Shown: positions 22,831 to 32,190, counted from the first letter of the stretch. The stretch: 59,321 nucleotides of DNA from Candidatus Sumerlaeia bacterium (GCA_033764015.1 JANRJK010000006.1:1-59321); one strand, 5' to 3'. Program-made: numbers and translations. The notes: a model not told the origin generated them from the letters alone.

Positions 22831-24057
22831 TCAACCGAGGGGCGGAAGTCCTTTCGGTGAGATGACCACTTCGCCACCGGTGCCCTGGTAGCTGACGAAC
22901 AACTTCTTGAGGTCGCCGTCGACGACGCGGACCGAGAGCCCCGGAGGGTTGGCCACGCCCGAGCAGTCGAAGTTGTGCACCTTCACGGAGGCGCCCTGAT
23001 AGCTGGCGTCGCCGGTGCCCGTGAACTTGAGCTTCTCGGCGAAGGAGCGCTTGATGCCCAGCAGGAAGGAGACGACGCCGGTGAGCTGGAACTCCTCCTT
23101 GGCGCCCCCGACCACGTTCGAGATCGTGAGGTCGGCGGTGCCGGTCTTCATGCCGCGCCAGGTGGCGTCGCCGACCTGGGTGATCGAAAGCGAGAGGCCC
23201 GCGGGCGCGCTGGCCTCCGCGGCCGGGGCCGCCTTGGGGGCGGACTTCGGGGCGGCGGCGGTGACCGGCTTGGGGCCGGCGGCGGCCTTGGGCTGCGAGG
23301 ACTTCTGCGGCGCGGCGGCGGCGCGCGCCTCCTCCGCCGCTTCTTCCTTCTCGTCGAGCGCGCCGTACTCGTCGTCCTCCGCGGCCGCGCTGGCCTTTGC
23401 CGCGGCGGCTGCGGCGGGCTTGGCGGCGGGCTTGGGCAGCGAGTTCTCGCCGCCGTCGGAGTTGAGCTTCTTGATGACGAGCGTGGAGATCGCCTTGAGG
23501 GTTTCCTTCACGCCGGTGCCCTTGAAGGCGACCGCTTCCATGTAGGGGGCGCGGTAGCTGTTGAGCGTCCCTTCGAGTTCCTCGATGGAGACGATGTCGG
23601 GGAGGTCGCGCTTGTTGTACTGCATCACCCAGGGCACGCCGTCGCGGTCGTCGGGGCCGTTCTTGAGGTGGTAGCCGTATTCCTGGAGGTTCTGCGCGAG
23701 GTTGTCGAGCGAGTCCTTGTTCTCCTGCACACGGTCGCGGCTGGAGTCGACGACGAAGACGATGCCGTCGACGCCGCGGAGGACGAGCTTGCGGGTGGCG
23801 TTGTAGTAGACCTGGCCGGGGACGGTGTAGAGCTGGAACTTCGTCTTGAAGTTGCGCACCTCGCCGAGGTCGAGCGGGAGGAAGTCGAAGAAGAGCGTGC
23901 GGTCCTGCTCGGTGGCGAGGGAGACGAGCTCGCCGCGGAACTTGCCGGGGACGGTCTTGTGGATATGCTCGAGGTTGGTCGTCTTGCCGCAGAGGCCGCA
24001 GCCGTAGTACACGATTTTGCAGGAGAGTTCTTTGAAGGCGTAGTTCAGTGTGGCCAT
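22831..24057 (-). CDS. mglA: MglA small GTPase with about 200-aa C-terminal extension
   Basis: KIVYYGCGLCGKTTNL (G1), DRTLFFDFLPL, LYTVPGQVYY, VDGIVFVVDS, NKRDL; then an Ala/Pro/Lys linker and a beta-rich domain. Confidence 0.95.
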   Translation of the reverse strand: MATLNYAFKELSCKIVYYGCGLCGKTTNLEHIHKTVPGKFRGELVSLATEQDRTLFFDFLPLDLGEVRNFKTKFQLYTVPGQVYYNATRKLVLRGVDGIVFVVDSSRDRVQENKDSLDNLAQNLQEYGYHLKNGPDDRDGVPWVMQYNKRDLPDIVSIEELEGTLNSYRAPYMEAVAFKGTGVKETLKAISTLVIKKLNSDGGENSLPKPAAKPAAAAAAKASAAAEDDEYGALDEKEEAAEEARAAAAPQKSSQPKAAAGPKPVTAAAPKSAPKAAPAAEASAPAGLSLSITQVGDATWRGMKTGTADLTISNVVGGAKEEFQLTGVVSFLLGIKRSFAEKLKFTGTGDASYQGASVKVHNFDCSGVANPPGLSVRVVDGDLKKLFVSYQGTGGEVVISPKGLPPLG

Positions 24058-24124
24058 GGACTTGGGGTTCCCTTTTCCGGGTCGGGTTGGTGCCGCCGCC
24101 CGCCTGGGCGCGGGGTCGGGCTCG

Positions 24125-24475
24125 TCAGCGCATGCCGAAGCTGGCGTTGAGCTTTTCGGCGGCGGCCCGCATCTCGACGCGCACGAGGCCGAGGTTCGTG
24201 TCCGGCGAGGCCATGCAGACCAGGAAGCCGGTCCGCGTGGAGCAGAAGAACATCTTGTTCGTGTCCGTTTCGACGATGAAGGAGGCGAGTTCGCCCTGCT
24301 CCATCTTCTTCACGGCCTTCTCCGTGGAGTTGATGATCGAGGACGTGAGCGCCCCCATCATCTCGTCGTTCAGCTCCGTGGCGAAGTCGCTCGCCACGAT
24401 GATGCCGTCGGCCGCCACCACGAAGGAGCCGATGATGCCCGGCGTTTTGTTCAGTTCCGCGAGGATGCGTTCCAT
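24125..24475 (-). CDS. Stand-alone Roadblock/LC7 protein (MglB/MglC-like)
   Basis: LNKTPGIIGSFVVAADGIIVAS...NLGLVRVEM, a typical roadblock pattern; 116 aa. Confidence 0.9.
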   Translation of the reverse strand: MERILAELNKTPGIIGSFVVAADGIIVASDFATELNDEMMGALTSSIINSTEKAVKKMEQGELASFIVETDTNKMFFCSTRTGFLVCMASPDTNLGLVRVEMRAAAEKLNASFGMR

Positions 24476-24511
24476 GAAGCCTTGGTCTCCGTTCGGTGTG
24501 GCCCTTGGACC

Positions 24512-25444
24512 TTAGTCCACAAGCATCGGGTTTCGGTCCTGGCTCAGCCCCGTGACAAGCGGCAGCGCCGGGTACTTCCACTGCAGGAATTCGCGCGTCG
24601 TCTTCGAGACGAAGGCGATCCGCGCGAGGATCTCCTCCGTCGAGGTGCCGCTGTTGAACAGCATCATCAGGCCGAAGTTGCTGTTCAGCGGCGTCGTGAA
24701 CAGGAAATGCTCCTTCGACTCGACCATGACACGGCGGACCCGCGTCAAGCCGGAGCCGTCCATGACCGCGTTGAACTGGTCGGTCAGCGACATGACCTTC
24801 GCCACCACCGAGTCGACCTCGATGCGCATCGGCAGGTCGCGCCAGACAACCAGGCCCTCGTTGCTGTAGATCACGAAGCCCTCGAGGCCCTGCGTCTTGC
24901 GCAGCGTGCCGGAGAGTTCCTCGTAGCTGAAGACCTGGACGAAGCCGCCGGCGGCGCTGGAGGAGTGCGGCGAGGCCTGCGGCCGCGGGTTGGCGTCGCG
25001 CGAGACGCGGCTTTCGCTCCCGCCGCCGAGCCGCGCCAGCACGTCCGCGGGCAGGAAGCCTGGCGCGAGGTGCGCCAGCGCGTGGCCGCCGAGAGACATC
25101 AGCAGGAGCACCTGCAGCGCGACCGAGACCGGGTTGCCCGCCCAGAGGCCGGCGAAGCTCGCCTCGTCCACCAGCCCGGAGGCCGGGATGAACGCCGCCA
25201 TGCAGGCCGCGAGGCGGACCAGGAAGAACAGGATCGCGACGGTCATCGAGTTGCCGAGCGTGGCGCGCGGGCTCGAGAACAGCGTGAAGCCGAAGTAGAG
25301 CACCAGCTCGAGGATGACGACGATCGGCAGCAGCATCGCGATGCCGTCGAGGCCGAAGTTGATCAGCGACGCCGCCAGCGGCGTCGCGACGAGCGCGACC
25401 AGCAGGCCGAGAACCAAGGCGGTTCCGCGGGAGAAGACGATCAT
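24512..25444 (-). CDS. Multi-TM membrane protein with C-terminal Roadblock/LC7 domain
   Basis: About 4 hydrophobic N-terminal segments, then LRKTQGLEGFVIYSNEGLVVW...VRRVMVESKEHFLF...FGLMMLF. Confidence 0.82.
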   Translation of the reverse strand: MIVFSRGTALVLGLLVALVATPLAASLINFGLDGIAMLLPIVVILELVLYFGFTLFSSPRATLGNSMTVAILFFLVRLAACMAAFIPASGLVDEASFAGLWAGNPVSVALQVLLLMSLGGHALAHLAPGFLPADVLARLGGGSESRVSRDANPRPQASPHSSSAAGGFVQVFSYEELSGTLRKTQGLEGFVIYSNEGLVVWRDLPMRIEVDSVVAKVMSLTDQFNAVMDGSGLTRVRRVMVESKEHFLFTTPLNSNFGLMMLFNSGTSTEEILARIAFVSKTTREFLQWKYPALPLVTGLSQDRNPMLVD

Positions 25445-26298
25445 TCCAGTGGGATCCTTTCCGTCGAGGACATCCGCCCGGTCTCGTCCGGATCCGGGAA
25501 CATCTGCTTCAGGAACAGCTGGAAACGGTGGAATACTTTGCCGAAGGCGGGCGACGGATCAACAGCCAAGGCGATGATGAGCCGTCGGCGGCTCGCGACG
25601 AAAAGCTGCTTGCGTTCCGTCTCGAGGACGCCACCGAGAAGGCCGCCGGTGTCGAGCTCCGCGGAGGCGACCGCCACCTCCTGGCAGAAGAGCAGCGCCG
25701 CTTCGGCGAACTCCACCGGGCCGGTGACGAAGGGCTCGCCCGCGTCGATCGGGATCACCGCGACGCCGGCGACCGGGGAGACCGGCGCGATGTGGCGCGC
25801 GAGCTGTTCGACGATTTCGCGCGAGTTGAGGATCGCGGCGCGCTTCGCCACTTCCCCGCTGCGGCCCCGCTGTTGCTGCGATGAGGCGACCGCGGAGCGC
25901 ATCATGGTGTTGAGGAGCTGCACCTCGGGGTCGAGCGGGTTGGCGCCGTTCAGCTCGTCGATGACGGCGCGGGCCTCGACGGGGCGGTGCAGCTTGATGA
26001 GCGCGCGCGCCTTCTCGACCTGCAGGCGCATGGAGCCGGGGGCGGTGCGGAGCGCCGATTCGGCCTCCTCGAGCGACTCCGCGTAGCGGCCCGTGTCGGC
26101 CAGGAGCCGGCAATAGAGCGTGCGCCCGGCGATGGAACCGGAGCCGCCGGCGCGGTTCTCGCGCGCGCAGATGTTCAGCGCGCGGGCGTACTGGTGGCCT
26201 TTGCGCAGCGCTTGGCAATACGGGATGTACGCGAGCGGATTCCGCCCCGACTGGTACTCCCGCTCGAGGCGGGCGAGTTCTTCTGGCGACACCGGCAT
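25441..26298 (-). CDS. TPR protein with divergent C-terminal Roadblock-like domain
   Basis: TPR-like helices (LADTGRYAESLEEAESALRTAP, KARALIKLHRPVEARAVI). C-terminal VAGVAVI...GGVLETERKQLFV...IIALAV...AFGKV. Overlaps the next gene by ATGA. Confidence 0.75.
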   Translation of the reverse strand: MPVSPEELARLEREYQSGRNPLAYIPYCQALRKGHQYARALNICARENRAGGSGSIAGRTLYCRLLADTGRYAESLEEAESALRTAPGSMRLQVEKARALIKLHRPVEARAVIDELNGANPLDPEVQLLNTMMRSAVASSQQQRGRSGEVAKRAAILNSREIVEQLARHIAPVSPVAGVAVIPIDAGEPFVTGPVEFAEAALLFCQEVAVASAELDTGGLLGGVLETERKQLFVASRRRLIIALAVDPSPAFGKVFHRFQLFLKQMFPDPDETGRMSSTERIPLE

Positions 26299-26493
26299 GA
26301 TTCGCAGTTTGCGCGGGAGGTTTGAGCCTCATCGCTGGAGGTATCGTCGTGCGGACCTCAGGGGCCGCGGCGCCGTCGTCGGGGGCGTGCCGGCATCCGC
26401 GGTTGCCGCGCGGAGCCTTCGCCCGCGCTGCGTCCTGTGATTCTTACCTCCGTGGTTCTTCACAGGCTCCCGGCGGTAAGGCAAGGAAGACTT

Positions 26494-27591
26494 TCATTCC
26501 GTCCCGATCCGACCCGCCGGCGGCGTGCCGCGGTCCCGGGACGATGCCCGCCAGCCGAGCCCGAGAAGGGCGGCGAGGACCGACAGGCCGGCCAATTCGC
26601 GCCCATACCCGGTGCGCAGCGCCGGCGCGGCCAGCGGAATCAGCGGCAGATGAAGGATGTAGATCGGCAGCGCATGGCGGCCGAGCGCCTCCAGCGTGCG
26701 CGCCAGCCGCGCCCGCTCCGGGAGCCATCGCTCCGCGGCGGCGTAGGCCACCGGGGCCAGCGCGGCCAGATAGAAGAGGCGCCCGGGCGCGTGGACCGGG
26801 CGGTCGAACCAGGCGTCGACCATCCACCCGGGAGGCCGGCCCCACAGGGTGGCGATGCTCGGGCGCAGGGACTGGGAGCCGATCAGCAGCGCGATTGCAG
26901 CGGGCCACGCGACCCACCGCACGACGGCGCCGGGCGCGGTGCCCGGCGCGAAGCGCCCGCGGGCGGCGCCGCAGGCGAGCGCCAGGACGAAGACCGCCTG
27001 CCAGTTGAGGATCCGAAACATGCTGTGCGCGCCGGCGGCGTCCAGCGACGGGATCCAGCCGGGCGGCCGCACGCTGGCCCAGCCGTACACCGCGAGCGAC
27101 GCCGCAGCGAGCACGCCGGTGGCGCGCGCCCCCCAGCGCGCGAACGCCACGCTCCACGCGGCCCCCACCGGCAGGCATACGATGAACAACGGCAGAACGG
27201 TGAGGTGGAGCGGGCGGAGCTGGAAGGTGCACGCCGCCGCAAGCATGCGCCGGGTACCGGCGGAGGCGGGGGCGTCGCCGAGGGCGGGCACCCGGATGCC
27301 CGCCCGTTCGGCCGCCACCAGCGCCCACACCATGGCGACGTGGAGCGCGTACAGGAGCGCCGCCCGGCGGAGCAGGCGCCCGTTGAAGTTCCGGATCCGT
27401 TCCTCATCCGCCAGCAGCGACCTTCGCCATCCCAGCAGGAATCCCGACAGCGCGAGGAACCCGGAGGAGCCGTCCAGCAGCAGGGGCAGGTGCGCTGAGC
27501 GGCTCGCGACGCTGCCAACCGCCAAGTGGCCGAGCAGCATCGACGCGACGCAGACCCCCCGCAACGCGTCGAGGGAGCGGTCGCGGGTCAC
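26494..27591 (-). CDS. OpgC-domain membrane acyltransferase-like protein
   Basis: [10 protein letters not shown]...[42 protein letters not shown]; multiple TM helices. GTG start at 27591 inferred. Confidence 0.8.
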   Translation of the reverse strand: MTRDRSLDALRGVCVASMLLGHLAVGSVASRSAHLPLLLDGSSGFLALSGFLLGWRRSLLADEERIRNFNGRLLRRAALLYALHVAMVWALVAAERAGIRVPALGDAPASAGTRRMLAAACTFQLRPLHLTVLPLFIVCLPVGAAWSVAFARWGARATGVLAAASLAVYGWASVRPPGWIPSLDAAGAHSMFRILNWQAVFVLALACGAARGRFAPGTAPGAVVRWVAWPAAIALLIGSQSLRPSIATLWGRPPGWMVDAWFDRPVHAPGRLFYLAALAPVAYAAAERWLPERARLARTLEALGRHALPIYILHLPLIPLAAPALRTGYGRELAGLSVLAALLGLGWRASSRDRGTPPAGRIGTE

Positions 27592-27775
27592 GGGGTCATT
27601 GGCCCGGCGTCGCAGGAGTGGAGTTCCATGATTGCCGCGATTCAGCGCGCACGCCAGAGGGGCGTCAACGCAAGCGCTTGCCCCCGCGCGGCGGGGCGGC
27701 ACGAATCGCTTGCGGCGCATGGCCCCGCCCTTGCTCCCCCGGTCCGCGCGCGACGCGCAGGAAGGAAACCATGGC

Positions 27776-28471
27776 GTGAAGACACAGTTCCAAGGCCCCT
27801 TCGTTCCCCGCCTCGACGAGGACGACGACGACGAGCCCGCCTACATCATCCCCGTCCCCACCGTCTACGAGCAGACGGAGCGGGGAGAGCGCCGCTTCGA
27901 CCTCTACTCGCGGCTGCTCGTGGACCGCATCATCGTCATGTCGCGCGCCATCGACGACCGGGTCGCGAACCTGGTCACGGCGCAGCTCCTGTTCCTCGAG
28001 GCCCAGGACCCGGAGAAGGACATCAACATCTACATCAACTCCCCCGGCGGCGTGGTGACCGCCGGCATGGCGATCTACGACACGATGCAGTCGATCCGCT
28101 GCGCGGTCTCGACGACGGTGATCGGCCAGGCCGCCAGCATGGGCGCCGTGCTGCTGCTCTCCGGCGCGAAGGGGAAGCGCTACTCGCTGCCCAACTCGCG
28201 CATCATGATCCACCAGCCGAGCGGGGGCGGACGCGGCCAGGCGACCGACCTCCGCATCCAGTACGAGGAGATGATGCGCACCCGCGACACGCTCTACCGC
28301 GTCATGGCGGAGCACACCGGGCGCAGCTTCGACGAGGTGCTCAAGGCGAGCGACCGCGACAACTTCATGTCGCCGGAGGCGGCCAAGGAGTTCGGCATCA
28401 TCGACGAGATCGTGGACCGCAACAACCTGGCCGCGGCGGTCGCCAAGCACCGCGAGACGTCCAAGACCTGA
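27776..28471 (+). CDS. clpP: ATP-dependent Clp protease proteolytic subunit (paralog 1)
   Basis: DLYSRLL, YINSPGG, GQAASMG (Ser), IMIHQP (His), DRDNFM (Asp). Acidic N-terminal extension; GTG start inferred. Confidence 0.95.
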   Translation: MKTQFQGPFVPRLDEDDDDEPAYIIPVPTVYEQTERGERRFDLYSRLLVDRIIVMSRAIDDRVANLVTAQLLFLEAQDPEKDINIYINSPGGVVTAGMAIYDTMQSIRCAVSTTVIGQAASMGAVLLLSGAKGKRYSLPNSRIMIHQPSGGGRGQATDLRIQYEEMMRTRDTLYRVMAEHTGRSFDEVLKASDRDNFMSPEAAKEFGIIDEIVDRNNLAAAVAKHRETSKT

Positions 28472-28515
28472 CACCCAGCGCCACCGCGCCCCCAACCACC
28501 CGGAGACACTCCCCC

Positions 28516-29139
28516 ATGATCAACCCCACGATGCTGGAAGTCCCCTTCGTCCTCGAGCAGACGGAGCGCGGCGAGCGCTCCATGGACATCTTCTCGCGCC
28601 TGCTTGTGGACCGCATCATCTTCATCGGCACGCCGGTGACGGACGCGGTCGCGAGCCTCGTGATCGCGCAGCTCCTCTTCCTCGAGGCGCAGGACCCTGA
28701 GAAGGACATCAACATCTACATCAACTCGCCGGGGGGCTCCGTCACGGCGGGGCTCGCGATGTACGACACGATGCAGTTCGTGAAGCCCGACATCTCGACG
28801 ACGTGCGTGGGCCAGGCGGCCAGCATGGGCGCGTTCCTCCTCGCCGCCGGCGCCAAGGGGAAGCGCTTCGCGCTGCCCAACTCGCGCATCATGATCCACC
28901 AGCTCTCCGGCGGCATGCAGGGCCAGGCCTCGGACATCGAGATTCAGGCCAAGGAGGCGCTGCGCCTGAACGACAAGCTGAACGAGATCCTCGCGTTCCA
29001 CACGGGCCAGCCGGTGGAGAAGATCGCGACGGATACGAACCGCGACAAGTTCATGTCCTCGGAAGAAGCCCGGGACTACGGGCTAATCGATGTGGTCACG
29101 ACGAAGAAGCCGTCGGCGAAGGACGCTGCGAAGAAGTAA
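28516..29139 (+). CDS. clpP: ATP-dependent Clp protease proteolytic subunit (paralog 2)
   Basis: [42 protein letters not shown]. Confidence 0.96.
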   Translation: MINPTMLEVPFVLEQTERGERSMDIFSRLLVDRIIFIGTPVTDAVASLVIAQLLFLEAQDPEKDINIYINSPGGSVTAGLAMYDTMQFVKPDISTTCVGQAASMGAFLLAAGAKGKRFALPNSRIMIHQLSGGMQGQASDIEIQAKEALRLNDKLNEILAFHTGQPVEKIATDTNRDKFMSSEEARDYGLIDVVTTKKPSAKDAAKK

Positions 29140-29200
29140 GGGGCAACGGAGCCGCGCGGCGCGGCGGGGTTGCTCGCACCCCCGCGCCGCGCGAATCCAC

Positions 29201-29710
29201 TCAGCGCAAGATCCAGCCCTCGGCTCCCGTGGAGCGGTTTAGCGAGACGCCGAAGCCGCTGGCGAGGTTGATCCAGCCGACGTTCTCCCCCCAAGCATAG
29301 CCGGCGAAGTTCCCATCCTCGCCGAGGCGTGCAGTGTCCGCGCCGGCCGCTGCGCCGAAGTTGATCCAGCCGATGTTTTCCCCCCACGCGTAGCCGCTGA
29401 GGTTCCCGGTCCCGGGGTCGCGGTTCACGCCGGTGTCGTCGGCGGCTTGCGAGTAGGCGAGCCCGTCGGCTGGCGACCCGTCGCCGAGGTTGATCCAGCC
29501 GGCGTTCTCGCTCCAAGCGAAGCCTTGGAGCCAAGCGCGCCCGGCGAAGACGCCGTTGGCGCCGTCGCCGCGGAAGTTCACCCAGCCGATGTTTTCGGCC
29601 CAGGCGTACTGTTCCGCGGGGTCAACGTTGGACTGCTCCGCGTTCGAGACGTGCGCGGGAGCCGAGATCACGGCGAGGAGCGCCAGTGCGACTGCCGGGG
29701 GCGTCCTCAT
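29201..29710 (-). CDS. Small secreted protein with four AW.EN.GWIN(F/L) repeats
   Basis: Signal peptide; YAWAENIGWVNF, FAWSENAGWINL, YAWGENIGWINF, YAWGENVGWINL. Confidence 0.85.
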   Translation of the reverse strand: MRTPPAVALALLAVISAPAHVSNAEQSNVDPAEQYAWAENIGWVNFRGDGANGVFAGRAWLQGFAWSENAGWINLGDGSPADGLAYSQAADDTGVNRDPGTGNLSGYAWGENIGWINFGAAAGADTARLGEDGNFAGYAWGENVGWINLASGFGVSLNRSTGAEGWILR

Positions 29711-31101
29711 GGCACGATCACATTCGGCGCGGGGACGCTGCCTTCGGTGGGGGGCGTCCCTGCGACGGTTACGATCGCCGACCGCATGATGTTCGCGGCG
29801 AGGTATCCACCCGTTCCAGCTCCGGATTCGAAGCGGATCGGTGCGTTCGCGTTGAGGAGCTGGTTGCCGACAAAGTATCCGCCACCCACAGAAACGCGCA
29901 TGCTGGAGGTGCTCGTTCCGATCATGTTTCCAACAGTGTTGTACAGGACATGCGAAGTACCGGCGACAAAGATGCCATCTGCCACTGTGTTCGAGCCGGT
30001 CTGGAACCCGACGTCGTAGATCTGATTGCCTTCGATGTAGTGGGAGCCTCCGTTGGCGAAGATGCCCGCCGCGGCGCAGTTGTCGGCAGCGACGAAGTTC
30101 GTTCGCACATTATTGATGTGGTTGTCGACGATCCGCGAGGAAAGGCTGGTTTGAATCCCGTACGCGCCAACCCCGGCGGAGTTCACTAGGATATTGTGCA
30201 CCGAGTTGCCCTGGATCGAGGCTGTGGAACCCCCGATCCCGATCACAGTGCTTATCGTTCCGAAGGACCCGGTCAGGTCTGAGACGCGGCACTGCTGGAC
30301 CGCACCCCGATTGCCGGCGCTGATTCCGGTGATGGATCCTCCTCCAGAGGAGAACGACAGGCCCTGGACCACGCAGCCCCGCGTCACTCCCGAGTTGGTG
30401 ATCCCGGCGATGAAGCCATTGCCCTGCAGCGAGAGGTTTATTACTGAGCAGTCGGTAATGACACCCGTCGCCGAGATGCCGTAAGCGAGGGTGTTGGGAC
30501 CCGCGACGTCGCGGATCGAGCAACTTTCGACCGTCGTGCCGGAACCACCGAAGATGCCGTAAATCTCTGTAGTCCCCCCGCCGAGATCGAAAAGCTGTGC
30601 CCCGCTGACTCGGCCCGCTAACCCGACTTCGAGCACGCGCCCCGCGGTGGTCTTCGTCACGCTGACGTCCTCGATGGTCGCCGCCTCGCCGAGCCGGATC
30701 GCGCCGTCCTTGAAGCCGACCACGGAGCCGCCGCGGACCGACTGGTTCCTGTTCGACTCCGCGCTGCTCTTGATGGCGGTGAGGCTGTTCGAGGGGCTGG
30801 CGCCCAGGCCCGAGATCGAGAAGCCGTTCAGGTCGATCGAGACCTGGCCGCTCGCGAGGGTGATCGCAACGGGGGCGCTATCGCAGGTCAGGTTCTCCGC
30901 GAGGTAGAAGGAGCCAGGCGCGGAAATCGTCATCGGGATCATCGACTGAGTAATGGCGGTGCGCGGTTCGACGAGCGAGAGAGGCTTCATCGTCGGCGCC
31001 GGAGCGCCGGGGGGGGTGAGGTCGCCGGCGAGTGCGCAGGTGGCGAGGGTCGAGAGCGCGAAGATTGCAGGTACGGCCGATAGGCGAAAGCGGGTTCGCA
31101 T
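29707..31101 (-). CDS. Secreted right-handed parallel beta-helix repeat protein
   Basis: Signal peptide MRTRFRLSAV...ALA; GDLTPPGAPAPTMK...EPRTAI...ISAPGSFYLAENL, IDLNGFSISG; repeated GI/GN beta strands. Confidence 0.82.
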   Translation of the reverse strand: MRTRFRLSAVPAIFALSTLATCALAGDLTPPGAPAPTMKPLSLVEPRTAITQSMIPMTISAPGSFYLAENLTCDSAPVAITLASGQVSIDLNGFSISGLGASPSNSLTAIKSSAESNRNQSVRGGSVVGFKDGAIRLGEAATIEDVSVTKTTAGRVLEVGLAGRVSGAQLFDLGGGTTEIYGIFGGSGTTVESCSIRDVAGPNTLAYGISATGVITDCSVINLSLQGNGFIAGITNSGVTRGCVVQGLSFSSGGGSITGISAGNRGAVQQCRVSDLTGSFGTISTVIGIGGSTASIQGNSVHNILVNSAGVGAYGIQTSLSSRIVDNHINNVRTNFVAADNCAAAGIFANGGSHYIEGNQIYDVGFQTGSNTVADGIFVAGTSHVLYNTVGNMIGTSTSSMRVSVGGGYFVGNQLLNANAPIRFESGAGTGGYLAANIMRSAIVTVAGTPPTEGSVPAPNVIVP

Positions 31102-31203
31102 TCCGAAGGCTCCAAGCTTGAATGGGACTGTTTGGCGAGTGGGAGAATTCCACCCGGGCAGAGTCAACCACAACGAGGCGCAATTGCCGCCCGCCAGATG
31201 GCT

Positions 31204-31740
31204 TTAGGCTGCCCGCAGCGCGGCCAAGGCAGGGAGCAGCGCGTCCGCCGCGCGTTCGAGCCGGTATACCGGGGTCGGCGGGTAGCTGGGCACGACGAGG
31301 CGGGCGGCGAGCGAGGCGCCCTCGAGTCCGCGGAGGGCGTCCGACAAGGCCGCTGGCGTCGCGCCGGGGAGCGCGCGGCGCAGCTCGCCGAAGCGGTGCG
31401 CACCGTCCCCGATCTCGAGGAGCACCGGCATGGGATACTTGCGCAGCGCGAGGTCCCCGAGGTGGCGCGAGCGCACGCCTTCGAGGAACTCCGCGGCCGG
31501 TCCGGAGAGCAGCAGCCCGCGGGGAGTGAGCACGTACTCCGGGCGCGCCGGGTGGCCGTAGCCCGCGTTCCGTTCGAGCACCCCCAGCGCGACCAAGTGG
31601 TCCAGCGCCGCCTTGAGCGATTCGCGGCTCATGCCGAGGCGGTTGGCGAGTTGGACGAAGCGCGCGCCTCCGCCGAGGGCGGCGCACTCGGCGGCGACTG
31701 GAAGGGTCCAGCGATGGTGGAAGAGGTCGGTGAGAAGCAT
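31204..31740 (-). CDS. Tandem HxlR-type winged-helix transcriptional regulator
   Basis: Two HxlR units: HRWTLPV...ARFVQL...PARPEYVLTPRG and HRFGELRRALPGATPAALSDALRGLE...PPTPVYRL. Confidence 0.85.
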   Translation of the reverse strand: MLLTDLFHHRWTLPVAAECAALGGGARFVQLANRLGMSRESLKAALDHLVALGVLERNAGYGHPARPEYVLTPRGLLLSGPAAEFLEGVRSRHLGDLALRKYPMPVLLEIGDGAHRFGELRRALPGATPAALSDALRGLEGASLAARLVVPSYPPTPVYRLERAADALLPALAALRAA

Positions 31741-31746
31741 TGGCGG

Positions 31747-31781
31747 TTGACAGGCGACAAGACTTAGTATATTTTCCGTAC
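31747..31781 (+). promoter_or_regulatory. Probable sigma70 promoter and operator for the VOC gene
   Basis: TTGACA (31747-31752), 17-nt spacer, TATTTT; overlapping AGTA-N9-TACT palindrome in the divergent intergenic region. Confidence 0.5.
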
Positions 31782-31815
31782 TGTGTTGCGCAATGCCAAT
31801 CGGAAGGAGCGGCCA

Positions 31816-32190
31816 ATGCCCCCCGTCTACCAGTACCGCCCGGAAGTCACCTGCGCCATGGGGGTGTCCGACCTCGCGGCCTCACTCGCCTGGTTCCGCG
31901 ACGTTCTGGGCTTCGAGAAGGTGTTTGAAAGCGTCGAAAACGGCTGGGCGGAGGTCGCCACGGCGACGCCCGGCGTCACGGTCGGCATGTCGCAGGTCGA
32001 GGAGCCGAAGGTGGAAGGCGGCGCCACGCTCGTGTTCGCGGTGACCGACATCGAGGCGGCGAAGTCCGAGCTGGAGGCCAAGGGCGTCCGCTTCGACGGG
32101 GGTATCATGGAGATTCCCGGCATGGTGAAGCTGGCGACGTTTTTCGACCGGGACGGGCATAAGTTCATGTTCTCCCAATCGCTGATGTAG
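31816..32190 (+). CDS. VOC/glyoxalase family protein
   Basis: AAGGAG RBS; VSDLAASLAWFRDVLGF, LVFAVTDIEAA...LEAKGVRF, FFDRDGH. Confidence 0.92.
   Translation: MPPVYQYRPEVTCAMGVSDLAASLAWFRDVLGFEKVFESVENGWAEVATATPGVTVGMSQVEEPKVEGGATLVFAVTDIEAAKSELEAKGVRFDGGIMEIPGMVKLATFFDRDGHKFMFSQSLM

Noticed and set aside
27526..28515. Apparent 537-aa ClpP with a long N-terminus, or a frameshift fusion of the two clpP genes
   Set aside because: The extension is an alternative frame of the first clpP; each paralog has its own start, stop and full triad.
29240..29610. Repeated TTGATCCAGCCG-like DNA units as a CRISPR array or diversity-generating repeat
   Set aside because: They are the coding repeats of the GWIN motif; no cas or reverse transcriptase genes are in the window.
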